Origin: Candidatus Bathyarchaeota archaeon
GTDB taxonomy: Archaea; Thermoproteota; Bathyarchaeia; Bathyarchaeales; Bathycorpusculaceae
Direction of reading: 5' to 3'
DNA length: 64,000 bases
Assembly: GCA_963827165.1 (NCBI GenBank)
Contig: CAWGZR010000005.1
Coordinates: 320,001-384,000, forward strand
Made by a program: the position numbers and the translations under genes. The number at the start of each line of letters is the position of its first letter. Position 1 is the stretch's first letter. Below are positions 49,915-60,367 of this stretch, piece after piece. The notes under the pieces were generated by a model, which had not been told where the DNA came from, ran no database searches, and saw nothing but the letters and a program-made list of their open reading frames with translations.

Positions 49915-50454
49915 CTATTTTTCGCTGTAAAGGTCAATTCCAATGTTTTTGACTAGTTGCTTTACATCTTCTTTGCTCATCCATTCGATCTGCAAATAAC
50001 CAAGGATTCGCTCGTTGCTCAAACCCAGCCTTTTGGCCTCTTGCACTGTGTACCGATAAGCTTCGACTTCGGTCGGTCTATCCACATAATCGTATCCAAG
50101 CTTGAACAACTCTTGCCCCGCTAGATGCTGCTTAACATGGCAAAGTTCATGAACGACGTCGAGGTAGATGTCGGTTTTGTTGCCGTTGTTTAGGTAGGAT
50201 TTGTTGACCATTAAGTGTCCGTCGTTGTCGTTGACCCCCATGTAACCGAACCAGGTGAATTCGACCCGTAAATTCTTCAGTACCTCGTCGGTCTTATCAC
50301 CGAAGATACCTCTCACTGCCTGAGATTTTTCAAATCCCTTAAAATAATTCAGAAACATGCCGCTTGAAGTGCCTAAGCGAAGTATCCCTGTTAGCCGCAG
50401 CTTCCTCGTTAGCCTGAACATGGTCCAAGCGAAGTATTCCATCCATGAAGCCAT
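49915..50454 (-). CDS. Zincin-like HExxH hypothetical protein
   Basis: VVHELCHVKQH...EVEAY; ATG at 50454 after GGCGAGGA. Confidence 0.65.
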   Translation of the reverse strand: MASWMEYFAWTMFRLTRKLRLTGILRLGTSSGMFLNYFKGFEKSQAVRGIFGDKTDEVLKNLRVEFTWFGYMGVNDNDGHLMVNKSYLNNGNKTDIYLDVVHELCHVKQHLAGQELFKLGYDYVDRPTEVEAYRYTVQEAKRLGLSNERILGYLQIEWMSKEDVKQLVKNIGIDLYSEK

Positions 50455-50763
50455 TTCCTCGCCTCCTTTCCCAATATGCAGAAGCAGTATTTGAACGCTG
50501 ACAAACTTGAGCAAAGCGCTGAATGTGACGATGATGGAAACGATATAGTCCTGAGGATAAAATTATTAAACTCAACACCAGAGAAGAAAAAGGCGTGAAA
50601 CGATGCGACCCGAAGACGCAAGAACCAGAATTGAATACTGTAGTTTTCTGTCCTCTCAAATCGTAAAGTTAGAACTCAAGCTGCCAGAGTGGCCTGCACA
50701 AAACATGTTCAATAGCCTCAACAGCAACATGCGGTTTGAACTTTGTTTTGAATTGGTCCCCTG

Positions 50764-51483
50764 TCAAGCGCCCATGAAGTCGGTTAAAGTCAAGTTTTCA
50801 GACGGAAGTTCAGCAGTGCCTAACATAAAGGACGGATGCTTCTCCAACGTTACTTCCCGCGTATACAGGGTTTTGCTGAAAGATAAAACGGTACTCGCCT
50901 TGGCACAGGTCATTTCTTGAAGTAAAATGTTTCTTTGGCTTTCAGAGTGGGGGAGGTAAGTTGCGACGACAACAATTTGGTGCTTCCGTGCGAAGCTTGA
51001 AAGGTAACTGACGATTTGACTGTAAACCCTCTGCGCCTCTTCATTTGCGACATCGTTGTCTAAGAAGAACCCAGCGATGTCGGAAATCACAAGGAGTTTA
51101 GCATTGTATTGTTTTACGGTTTCTTCAAGCTTGTCAAGTATAAGGGAGGTCAACTGGTAAGCGGTGAATGCTCTTGATATAAATATGCGTTCGAGAACTC
51201 CCCGCGGGTCAAGCTGGTGAAGCTGAGCTAAACGGGCAATCTTGTAGAGGCTAAACGTGTTTCCGCCGTCGATGAAAACAACGTTGCTTCCTAAGCCGCC
51301 AAGCTGCGTTGGCAACTGCGCGCGAATGCAAAGTAGAGAAGTCATCGAAATAACTGATGGTGACCCGTAAAGGACCGCGAAGTCGCCTGGAGCAAATCCG
51401 GGGAAAAGCTCATCTACACTGGGCATATCCAGAGAAAACAGCGGCTGCGCCATCACAGGCCTAGCCATTAAATTTTGAGTCAT
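50764..51483 (-). CDS. RadA/Rad51-like paralog with a degenerate Walker A
   Basis: VVFIDGGN, IFISRAFTAYQL, LLVISD; P-loop reads GSPSVISMT. Confidence 0.8.
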   Translation of the reverse strand: MTQNLMARPVMAQPLFSLDMPSVDELFPGFAPGDFAVLYGSPSVISMTSLLCIRAQLPTQLGGLGSNVVFIDGGNTFSLYKIARLAQLHQLDPRGVLERIFISRAFTAYQLTSLILDKLEETVKQYNAKLLVISDIAGFFLDNDVANEEAQRVYSQIVSYLSSFARKHQIVVVATYLPHSESQRNILLQEMTCAKASTVLSFSKTLYTREVTLEKHPSFMLGTAELPSENLTLTDFMGA

Positions 51484-51606
51484 TTCACTTTTGCACTCCT
51501 ATCCATGGAAGGCACTACGAAGTTTAACCCTTTTTAAAGCATCGTTCAAACGACAGCGTGGCACAGAGGAGGGTGCACTGAAAATGAAAAGCGAAAAACG
51601 GGGGGT

Positions 51607-51822
51607 TTATGCTTGCTGCTGTTTGCGTGTTTCTTTTTGTTCCCGCAGAATTTGAGAGGCAATAGTCATCAAGAAAATCATTGTAAACACGATTGCTACA
51701 ACGCCCACCTTATACATGATAGCCATGTTAATGTATAGAACCGCGAAGACAGAAACAAGCATCAGAGCTAAGATGAAGGCTTCCGTGACGGTGCCGAATA
51801 CTTTAGAAGTACCAAAACTCAT
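51607..51822 (-). CDS. Small two-TM membrane protein
   Basis: Two hydrophobic helices and a basic tail. Confidence 0.6.
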   Translation of the reverse strand: MSFGTSKVFGTVTEAFILALMLVSVFAVLYINMAIMYKVGVVAIVFTMIFLMTIASQILREQKETRKQQQA

Positions 51823-52120
51823 GATTCTACACCAACTTTTTCCAAGGTCCATGCACAAGCGTACAATATTAATTTTCTGCCTAAGTCCCCAATAATCTGA
51901 CCCTTGACTCGAACACCAGCGCGTGCCGATGCAGGAGTACTACTCGTTGCCGGAATTCTTTATAAACGGCTGAATAAAGCAGGAAGTTCTGAAGTTAAAA
52001 CTGACCAGATTAAATATCAATAAAATAAAGCCTAAGCCAAGTTTCCCATCCGAACATGCTTGAACCGACAAAACATTAATCTTTAATCCGCGTATCCTTC
52101 AGACGTGAGGAAACATCAAC

Positions 52121-53455
52121 TTGCCAATCTTACCTATCGATACTGGCCGCTACGGCACGCCAGAAATGCTCAGAATCTTCCAGGAAGAAACCCGTGTCCA
52201 GAAGTTACTTGACGTTGAGGCTGCACTGGCTTTAGCACATGCCGAAGTTGGCAACATCCCAAAAAAAGACGCCGAAAAAATCGCGTCAATGGCTTCCACA
52301 AAATACGTCAGAATTGAACGGGTAAAGGCTATTGAAAAAGAAATAAAGCATGATATCGCCTCGTTGGTACGGGCGCTGGCAGAGGTTTGTGGATCAAGCG
52401 GCGCATACGTGCATCTGGGAGCTACAAGCTACGACATTGTGGATACGGCTAACGCGTTACAACTAAAAGATGCAATAGACCTCATCGAAAGAAAGCTCGA
52501 AGATTTCAGAACCGTACTTCAATCACAGGCGGGCGAATATAAAGTAACAGTGATGATTGGCAGAACCCACGGGCAGCACGCCTTACCGATTACGCTCGGG
52601 TTTAAGTTTGCGGTTTGGGGCTACGAAGTCAATAGACACCTTGAACGGTTACTCGAATGCAAAAAAAGGGTTTTAGTCGGAAAAATAAGCGGCGCAGTAG
52701 GCACCCAAGCGGGTTTAGGCGAATATGCCGAGCAGATTCAGGAACTCGTCATGAGACGTCTGGGTCTTCGTCCGGCTGAGATTTCAACCCAAATTGTCCA
52801 AAGAGACCGCTACGCCGAACTGATTTGTATTTACGGGATGGTTGCTTCTTCGCTCGAGAATTTTGCTACTGAAATCCGCGAATTGCAGAGACCCGAAATC
52901 GGCGAACTTGCAGAGACGTTTGAAGCCAACAAACAGGTCGGCAGCTCAACCATGCCGCACAAACAAAATCCAGAAACATGCGAACGAATCTGCGGCTTAT
53001 CGCGGATCGTACGAAGCCTCACTACACCATCGTTGGAAGACATGGTAACTTGGCATGAGCGTGACCTAACCCAATCCTCGGCTGAACGTTTCATCTTTCC
53101 AGAATCAAACATTCTACTCGACTACATGCTCAGCTTAATGTGTAATGTCATTGCGAATTTGCGAGTTGACCAGCAAAGAATGCTGCAGAATCTTAGCCTT
53201 ACACAGGGACGAGCGATGTCGGAAGCCGTAATGATGGCGTTGGCAAGAAAAAGCGTGGACAGACAAGAAGCCCATGAGTTACTACGTAAACTAACGATTC
53301 AAAGCGTAGCTGAGAAAAGAGATTTCAAGCGGGTTCTACTGCAGGATAAATTCATTTGCGGTAAACTCTCAGAAGCAGAAATCGACGCGGCTCTGAACCC
53401 CAAGAACTATCTTGGTACGGCAGTTAAGCAGGCAGAGAAATTCGCGAAAAGCTAA
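52121..53455 (+). CDS. purB: Adenylosuccinate lyase
   Basis: KHDIAS, HLGATSYD, GRTHGQHA, GSSTMPHKQNP, WHERDLT. Confidence 0.96.
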   Translation: MPILPIDTGRYGTPEMLRIFQEETRVQKLLDVEAALALAHAEVGNIPKKDAEKIASMASTKYVRIERVKAIEKEIKHDIASLVRALAEVCGSSGAYVHLGATSYDIVDTANALQLKDAIDLIERKLEDFRTVLQSQAGEYKVTVMIGRTHGQHALPITLGFKFAVWGYEVNRHLERLLECKKRVLVGKISGAVGTQAGLGEYAEQIQELVMRRLGLRPAEISTQIVQRDRYAELICIYGMVASSLENFATEIRELQRPEIGELAETFEANKQVGSSTMPHKQNPETCERICGLSRIVRSLTTPSLEDMVTWHERDLTQSSAERFIFPESNILLDYMLSLMCNVIANLRVDQQRMLQNLSLTQGRAMSEAVMMALARKSVDRQEAHELLRKLTIQSVAEKRDFKRVLLQDKFICGKLSEAEIDAALNPKNYLGTAVKQAEKFAKS

Positions 53456-53457
53456 GT

Positions 53458-55707
53458 CTAAAAGTCGCCAAGCGCTTTCTGCTTAAACTCCTGAGCGTTC
53501 CCCAGACTTTCCCATTCGTCTTTTTTCACGTAGCCACCGACTTGCTCCTTAACTTTTTTGGCCAGCTTGGGACCCATAAGCGGGAGATTGCTTAATTCCT
53601 CGATAGGGGCACGTTTTACGTCGTCGATGGTTTGATAGCCAGCATCGAACATAATGCGCCCACGAACCCTGCCGATGCCTTCGATCTGAACAAGGGGCAA
53701 AAGTTCTTTCTTAATGCCTTTAGAAACCCGCTCAACCAGTTCACTTGTTAAGGGACGCAACTCTTTGCAGCCGAACAGCCTCGCCAACTCATCAGTCGCA
53801 TGAAGAAGCCATTTCGCATTCTCAATCGTTCTGTAAAGGTCCCCTGGCTGCACGTTAAATTGCCGAATCAGATTTTCCTCGCTAATCTCTTCAATCCAAC
53901 TCTTCATAACTAAAGCCGTTTTAATTTCGCCTAAGAATTCTTCGAAAGCGAAATGGTCGTCCCATTGATTAGGTACATCCGTGAAAAGTTCGTCGCGATG
54001 CTTCTCAAGCTCGAGCGCCAGCGGGTCAATTTCCCGTGCGTAAGGACGCATGACAGGTCCCATGTCAGGCATGTGGGAAATCAAGTGTAGCAGGCTGAAA
54101 TCTGTTGCTTCTTTGGGTTTTTTGTGAAGTGCTTCACGAATGACTACGCCTGAGACAGGGTCAATGTAGAGTTCGCTTACTCGTTTGCCGAACATTGTGG
54201 CGTAGATTTCGTCTCCGTTTACACCGATCATTTCCACTTCGTAGAGGTACTTGAGGATTTTTCCGATGATGCTTTTGATGGATTTTACGTCGTACTGATA
54301 AGCATAGAAGGTTTTGCCGAAAAACTCGTAAATCCCGTTCTCCGAATGAGCAAAATCAGACGCGACGGTCGACAGCACGTGTCCCCTCATGATTTTTTCA
54401 ACCGCCAACCGACTCCAAATCCGCTCAGTTTTAGCCAGAACGTAGCCTTCCATTAGGTAGTCTGCTTCATCCGAGGTTTTGGCGATAAGGACCGATTCGC
54501 CTACCTTGTCATATTTAGGTCTCCCAGCCCTGCCCGCCATCTGCTTGTACTCCAAAACACTAATGGGATAGTTGCCGTAACCTGCCTCAAAACGCCGATA
54601 ATCCTGAATGATAACGGTACGTGCGGGAAGGTTAACGCCGAAAGCCAAAGTCGGCGTTGCTGTCAGAACTTTGATTTTTCCTTCCTTAAACGAATTCTCA
54701 ACTATCTTACGATGAGCCCCTGCCAAGCCGGCATGGTGAAAAGCGGTTCCGCATCGAACAAGCTCAGCTAAGGTGTCGCTGATTTGGGTCCGCTCACCCG
54801 TCGAGAGGATTTTTTCGGCTTCATGCTCCAGCGACCGCTTCAGGGGTTTAGATAAAACATCGCCCGTGTGCTGAGCAATGGTTTTGGCGGCTGAAACCGC
54901 GTTTTTACGTGTTGAAGCAAAAACCAAAGCTTGGCCACCAGTCTTCAATGTGTTTAAGACGAGATTTACGGTGGGGACATGGGTTTTGCGCTCGACTTTT
55001 TTTGCGTCGCCGTCTTTGAATTGGATTTCATCGTGTAGGAGCACTCCCTCTTTTAGGCTGACGGGGCGCCATTCCGTGACAATGTACTTGGCGCTTAGCC
55101 AACCGGCTATTTCGTCAACGTTGTTTATGGTGGCGCTAAGCGCTAGAATTTGAATATCAGGGTTAACTTGCAGCAGCCTTGCTAAAACGATTTCAAGTGT
55201 TGGACCGCGCCCTGCATCGTTAAGGAGGTGAACTTCGTCGGCTACGACAAGTGAGATTTCATTCATCCATTTGGTCCGGTGCCTTAAAAGTGAATCTGCC
55301 TTCTCGTTTGTGGTGACGATTATGTCGTAGCGTTCGAGCCAGTTGTCGGTGGTGTCGAAATCGCCTGTGCTTATGCCGACCGATACTTTTTTGCCGTTGG
55401 CCTTTTTTATTGATGAGTACTTTCCGAATTCTTCGAATTTTTCGCTTGCCAGGGCCCTTAGCGGCGAGAGATAAATTACTTTGCCGTTCTTTTCCAGCAC
55501 ATGTTTGAGCGCGCAGAGTTCAGCAATTAAAGTTTTGCCCGAAGCGGTGGGGCTGGCTAAAACGATGTTTTGGCCGTCAAGTACTCCTGCCCGTATGGTA
55601 TCTTCCTGAGGCGGGAAAAGCTCAGCGATGCCCATGTTCTGCAGAATTTCTTTCACTTCTTCCGGAACCGACAACTCGGCAATCTTCAACTTGAACTCGC
55701 CATTCAA
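53458..55707 (-). CDS. hel308: Ski2-like helicase Hel308/Hjm
   Basis: SPTASGKT, DEVH, LSAT, FHHAGL, TLAFGVNLPA, QMAGRAGRP; C-terminal HhH. Confidence 0.95.
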   Translation of the reverse strand: MNGEFKLKIAELSVPEEVKEILQNMGIAELFPPQEDTIRAGVLDGQNIVLASPTASGKTLIAELCALKHVLEKNGKVIYLSPLRALASEKFEEFGKYSSIKKANGKKVSVGISTGDFDTTDNWLERYDIIVTTNEKADSLLRHRTKWMNEISLVVADEVHLLNDAGRGPTLEIVLARLLQVNPDIQILALSATINNVDEIAGWLSAKYIVTEWRPVSLKEGVLLHDEIQFKDGDAKKVERKTHVPTVNLVLNTLKTGGQALVFASTRKNAVSAAKTIAQHTGDVLSKPLKRSLEHEAEKILSTGERTQISDTLAELVRCGTAFHHAGLAGAHRKIVENSFKEGKIKVLTATPTLAFGVNLPARTVIIQDYRRFEAGYGNYPISVLEYKQMAGRAGRPKYDKVGESVLIAKTSDEADYLMEGYVLAKTERIWSRLAVEKIMRGHVLSTVASDFAHSENGIYEFFGKTFYAYQYDVKSIKSIIGKILKYLYEVEMIGVNGDEIYATMFGKRVSELYIDPVSGVVIREALHKKPKEATDFSLLHLISHMPDMGPVMRPYAREIDPLALELEKHRDELFTDVPNQWDDHFAFEEFLGEIKTALVMKSWIEEISEENLIRQFNVQPGDLYRTIENAKWLLHATDELARLFGCKELRPLTSELVERVSKGIKKELLPLVQIEGIGRVRGRIMFDAGYQTIDDVKRAPIEELSNLPLMGPKLAKKVKEQVGGYVKKDEWESLGNAQEFKQKALGDF

Positions 55708-55839
55708 ACTGTTTATTGAATACGCTAGTTTAATAGTGTTAGCTGGACACCTGATATTTTTTCAGCTACATTTTTCTATTTGAACTAGATACTAGCAAGT
55801 GACGAGTTATCTAATCCCTTTAGACAGGTAGGAAACTGT

Positions 55840-57063
55840 ATGGTTGAAAACGTTAAGGAACTTCTCAAACTTCATGAAGGCATAACACACGAAGTCTACT
55901 TAGACAACGAGAACTCAAGTATTGTACCCCAAGAAATCGTAGATGAGATGCTGCCTTATTTTAACAAGAAAGCCTACGGCAACCCGACACTTACCCACAA
56001 GCCAGGCTGGGAAGCCTTTGAAGCCATAATGAACTGCTTCCAGAAAGTCAGCAAAACCGTGGGCGCAAAAAACCTCGAAGAAATCACCTTCACACCAGGA
56101 GAAACAGAAGCCAACAACCTAGCTATCATGGGCACGTGCTTCGCACAAAAAGCCAAAGGCAAAAAAATCATCATATCCGAAATCGAACCCATCAACGTGC
56201 TGCAGGTTGCTGAGATGATGCAGAAATTCGGTTTCAGCACAACCAAAGTCCACGTCAACCACGAAGGCTTCATTAACCTTGAAGAACTCAAAGAAGCAGT
56301 CGACAACGAAACCATACTTGTCAGCATTTCGGCTGTGAATAACGAAATTGGAACAGTCCAGCCCATTAAGGAAGCCGTTGACATAGTCAAAGCCAAAAAT
56401 CCCCACACACTCTTTCATACTGACGCCTCGGACGCTTATGGCAGGATACCCTTTGATGTGCAGCATCTCAATGTGGACATGGCTACAGTTAGCAGCTACA
56501 AGATTCAGGGTCCAAGAGGCATGGGCGCAATGTACCTTCGAGAAGGCATAAACATGGAACGTATACTTGAGGGGCAAATTGGAACACAGAAGCTTTGGCC
56601 AGGCGTAGAAAACACCCCCTTAATCGTAGGCTTCACAAAGGCTGCGGAGCTGGCATTCGAAAACTTTGAAGCAACAACAACAAAAATGCGGATGCTACGT
56701 GATAAGCTGGTTGATGGCATATTCGCCGAGCTTAATGACCTGCGCTTTAATGGTCCAAAAGGAGACAAACGCTCTCCCGACAACGCCAACGTAAGCATTC
56801 TGCGGGCTGAAGGCGAAGCATTAACCATCGAACTCAGCCTCAAAGGGGTCTACGTTTCAAGCGGCAGCGCATGCAGCCGAAGACTTCTCCAGCCAAGTCA
56901 CGTTCTAATCGCCATCGGTCGAATATTTGAGGAAGCACACGGTAGCATCCTTATGAAAGTGACGCGCAGCCATACAGAAGAGGATATAGCTTACGTTTTA
57001 GAAGTCTTACCAACAGCGGTTAATCGTATTAGAGGGATAGTTGGCTCAACAGGAGTGCATTAG
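55840..57063 (+). CDS. Divergent IscS/NifS-type (group I) cysteine-desulfurase-like protein
   Basis: YLDN, YGNP, TEANN, NNEIGT, SSYKIQGPRG, VSSGSACS. Confidence 0.85.
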   Translation: MVENVKELLKLHEGITHEVYLDNENSSIVPQEIVDEMLPYFNKKAYGNPTLTHKPGWEAFEAIMNCFQKVSKTVGAKNLEEITFTPGETEANNLAIMGTCFAQKAKGKKIIISEIEPINVLQVAEMMQKFGFSTTKVHVNHEGFINLEELKEAVDNETILVSISAVNNEIGTVQPIKEAVDIVKAKNPHTLFHTDASDAYGRIPFDVQHLNVDMATVSSYKIQGPRGMGAMYLREGINMERILEGQIGTQKLWPGVENTPLIVGFTKAAELAFENFEATTTKMRMLRDKLVDGIFAELNDLRFNGPKGDKRSPDNANVSILRAEGEALTIELSLKGVYVSSGSACSRRLLQPSHVLIAIGRIFEEAHGSILMKVTRSHTEEDIAYVLEVLPTAVNRIRGIVGSTGVH

Positions 57064-57064
57064 T

Positions 57065-57586
57065 ATGTCACGTATACCATTACCTTACAACCCAAAAGTT
57101 ATGGATTTATTCAGAAACCCCAAGAACTTGGGAAAAATGGAAGACGCAACAGTTGTAGCTGTTGCAGGAAACCCAGCTTGCGGAGACATGATAACCTTCT
57201 ACCTAAAAATCGACGAAGCAAAGCAAGTTATTGAGAAAGCGCAGTTTGAGAGTTACGGCTGTGCAGCAAATATCGCTACCTCTAGCATTGTGACTGAAAT
57301 GGTAAAGTGTTTAACGTTGGAGAAGGCTTGGGAAGATATCACTTGGAAGAGGGTCACTGATGAAATCGGCGGCTTGCCCAGCGTCAAATTCCACTGCGGA
57401 GTCCTTGCAGTCGGCGCCTTGAAACGTGCTATAAGGCAATACTTCAAAGAAAAAGGCATTACAGCTCCAACTTGGTTGCCTGCAGACCACACTTTTGAAG
57501 AAAAACAGGCGCTTGAAGAAGAAGAACTTGCCAAAACACTATCTAAGAGGATGAAGGTAGAGGAAGAGAAAAAGGCAGAGAAGTGA
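57065..57586 (+). CDS. iscU: Fe-S cluster scaffold IscU/NifU
   Basis: FRNPKN, GNPACGD, YGCAANIA, KFHC. Confidence 0.92.
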   Translation: MSRIPLPYNPKVMDLFRNPKNLGKMEDATVVAVAGNPACGDMITFYLKIDEAKQVIEKAQFESYGCAANIATSSIVTEMVKCLTLEKAWEDITWKRVTDEIGGLPSVKFHCGVLAVGALKRAIRQYFKEKGITAPTWLPADHTFEEKQALEEEELAKTLSKRMKVEEEKKAEK

Positions 57587-58818
57587 ACGTGGATACACAA
57601 GCGATTCGACAGGATTTCCCGATACTGAAACGCAAGATCAACAATTATCCCCTAATTTATTTTGACAACGCCGCGACCACCCAGAAACCCCGCCAAGTAA
57701 TAGCGGCGGAAAGCGACTTTTACGAAAACCACAACGCCAACATACACCGCTCAGTCCACACGTTATCCTTGGAAGCCACGGACCTCTACGAAAAGTCACG
57801 TGAAACAATCACAAAATTCATAAATTCAAAAGAAGCCTCCGAGGTTGTTTTTGTGAGAGGCACAACAGAAGCCATCAATCTAGTCGCGTACTCATGGGGG
57901 TTAAGTAACCTTGGCGAAGGCGACGAGGTTCTGGTTTCCCTAATGGAGCATCATAGCAACATTGTGCCTTGGGAAATCACCGCTAAACTCAAGGGTTTCA
58001 TAATCAAATACGCAAACGTTAAGCCCGACGGTACCTTGGATTACGAAGATTTCGAGGCCAAATTCTGCAAAAAAACAAAAATCGCCTGTTTAAGCCACGT
58101 TTCAAACGTCACAGGCATAATTAACGATGTAAAACGCATAACGAAGGCTGCCCACGACAACGGCTCGTTAATGCTTGTTGACGGCGCACAGTCTGTGCCG
58201 CATTTGCGTCTTGACGTTCAGGATTTGGATGTTGATTTTCTGGCTTTTTCAGGGCACAAAATGCTGGGTCCCACGGGAATAGGCGTGTTTTACGGCAAGA
58301 AACACTTGCTTGAAGCAATGCCGCCTTTCCAAGGCGGGGGCGAAATGATCAAGGAAGTTGAGTTCAGCAATGGCGGCTGCAGCATAACTTTGAATGAGTT
58401 ACCGTGGAAGTTTGAAGCAGGCACCCCCAACATCTGCGGCGCCATTGGCTTAAGGGAAGCTGTGAAGTACCTTGAAGGCTTAGGCATGGATAACGTCCAG
58501 AGCCACGAGAGAGATCTAACAAAGTACGCGTTTGAACGTATGAGGGAATGCAAAAAAGTCACGATCCACGGCTCTTGCGACCTCACGAAGAGATGCGGCA
58601 TCATATCGTTTAGTGTTGAAGGCTTATCCTCACATGACGTGGCTCTTATCTACGACAACTACGGCATAATGATAAGAAGCGGCTACCACTGCGCGCAACC
58701 ACTGCATCAAGAGGTCCTCAAACTTCACTCGTCCGCAAGAGCGAGCTTTTACATTTACAACACACGCGAAGAAATCGACCGCTTCGTTGAGGTCCTGAAG
58801 GAGATTGAGGGGCTCTAA
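57583..58818 (+). CDS. sufS: SufS-type (group II) cysteine desulfurase
   Basis: YFDNAATTQKP, MEHHSN, FSGHKMLGPTG, FEAGTP, RSGYHCAQP. Confidence 0.93.
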   Translation: MNVDTQAIRQDFPILKRKINNYPLIYFDNAATTQKPRQVIAAESDFYENHNANIHRSVHTLSLEATDLYEKSRETITKFINSKEASEVVFVRGTTEAINLVAYSWGLSNLGEGDEVLVSLMEHHSNIVPWEITAKLKGFIIKYANVKPDGTLDYEDFEAKFCKKTKIACLSHVSNVTGIINDVKRITKAAHDNGSLMLVDGAQSVPHLRLDVQDLDVDFLAFSGHKMLGPTGIGVFYGKKHLLEAMPPFQGGGEMIKEVEFSNGGCSITLNELPWKFEAGTPNICGAIGLREAVKYLEGLGMDNVQSHERDLTKYAFERMRECKKVTIHGSCDLTKRCGIISFSVEGLSSHDVALIYDNYGIMIRSGYHCAQPLHQEVLKLHSSARASFYIYNTREEIDRFVEVLKEIEGL

Positions 58819-59087
58819 TGCCGGCTCTTGAAGACTACGTGGCGCGTGTGGAAGGAACATGCGGCGCGGAAAAAGATGTCATCGTTTTTTTCAAATACGA
58901 AAAAAAAGATGAAGCGATCGCCAATATTCTAAAAAAAGCCACCGTAAACAACAAGATCGCCGGGATAATTTTTGAGTTGACGTTCGAAGGCTTTTCCTTT
59001 CGGCTCTACACAAGCGGGAAAGCCATCTTCCGAGGAGTCAAAAACAGGGAAGAGCTAAATCGAGTTCTCGCGGCAATGTTGCTTTAA
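58818..59087 (+). CDS. Small hypothetical protein (TBP-like / MoeB C-terminal-like fold)
   Basis: FRLYTSGKAIFRGVK pattern; start overlaps the sufS stop. Confidence 0.6.
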   Translation: MPALEDYVARVEGTCGAEKDVIVFFKYEKKDEAIANILKKATVNNKIAGIIFELTFEGFSFRLYTSGKAIFRGVKNREELNRVLAAMLL

Positions 59088-60322
59088 GCTGTCTCGGTCG
59101 GATTCTTGAATTTGGCAAACACTTTGTTGTAGGCTTCAACTTCTGCGGCAGCGGCGTTTTCCCATGAATACTGAGAGGTGAAAGCGGTCGCTTTCTGAGA
59201 AAGCACCTGCCTAAGGTCCGAATTGTTAATGATTTCTGTTGCTTCAGCAGCCATTTGTTTGAAGTCCCCGACTGATATTTGTTTCACTATGTCGGCTGGA
59301 AAATTGGATTTTACCGCAGGGATGCCGTATGCAACTACTGGTGTGCCGCAAGCTAGCGTTTCCAATACAACCAAAGGGAACGCATCATGTCTGCTAGGGT
59401 ACACCAGTACCTTGGCAGCCTTCACGAGTCCATACAGTTCTTTTTGTCCAAGAAACCCCTTATACACCAAGCATTTATCAAGCTGATTTTTAGCAATCAT
59501 ATTTTCAAAATTTCGTTGGAATGAAGAGGCACCGAAACGGCCACCGACCAGAAATTTCAAGTCAGGCTTAACTTTCGCCATTTCTGCAACTATTGGGGGT
59601 AAATCGTAAATTCCCTTCTCGGGAGCGAGCCTTGAAAAGAAGAAAGCGTCTACCGTTTCATTTGCTGCTGCAACTTTCTGTATCTTTTCGTTATCCACGC
59701 CTACGCCTGGACGCAGAACATGCATGTTGATTTTCGTGCCAAGGTAACTTTGCGTTTCAAGCTCTATTGATGGGCTGACAGCCAACGGCAGAGTCGACCT
59801 CAATGCTTGAGCGACGAGAGCATATAGCCGAGAATAAAGGGCAAACATGTAAAATTTGCGTGCTCCTCCAACTGGTCGCCAAACGCTGGATACGTACGGT
59901 GGAAAAAGAGGAAGCTGAAAGACGCAGGTCCATGGAACATGAAGTTTTTTTGCCGCGAAAAATGCTTCAAGCAGGAAATCTGTTTTTTCATGGTGAGAAA
60001 CGATGAGTTCAACCTTTTCTTTCTGTGCTATCCTTGCGATTATGTTGGCGGTTTCAAATATTGAAAAGTAATCAAGAGCGGCTCGGCTGGCGCTACGAAA
60101 ATAACGGTCATAAATAACGTTTGGACGTTTAATGCTGTAGATTTTGTGGTGTTTAGAAAACGGGTTTTCTTCGCGTTTCATCTTTTCCAGAACGAATTCA
60201 TCTACGGCAACGACAGGGTCTGTGCCGTGCTGCTCAACTCGCTGGAGAACTTCAAAGCTTCTTCTGTCCCCGCCTGTTCCGCTCATCAGAGGATTCGCCA
60301 AATACAGCACTTTCATATTCAA
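59084..60322 (-). CDS. GT4 family glycosyltransferase
   Basis: GGDRR, FSRLAPEKG, DAFPLVVLETLACGTPVV. Confidence 0.92.
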   Translation of the reverse strand: MNMKVLYLANPLMSGTGGDRRSFEVLQRVEQHGTDPVVAVDEFVLEKMKREENPFSKHHKIYSIKRPNVIYDRYFRSASRAALDYFSIFETANIIARIAQKEKVELIVSHHEKTDFLLEAFFAAKKLHVPWTCVFQLPLFPPYVSSVWRPVGGARKFYMFALYSRLYALVAQALRSTLPLAVSPSIELETQSYLGTKINMHVLRPGVGVDNEKIQKVAAANETVDAFFFSRLAPEKGIYDLPPIVAEMAKVKPDLKFLVGGRFGASSFQRNFENMIAKNQLDKCLVYKGFLGQKELYGLVKAAKVLVYPSRHDAFPLVVLETLACGTPVVAYGIPAVKSNFPADIVKQISVGDFKQMAAEATEIINNSDLRQVLSQKATAFTSQYSWENAAAAEVEAYNKVFAKFKNPTETA

Positions 60323-60367
60323 CCCTCAGATTTTTCGGCTTTTCGAGCCTGCAAGCCAACAGTTGCC

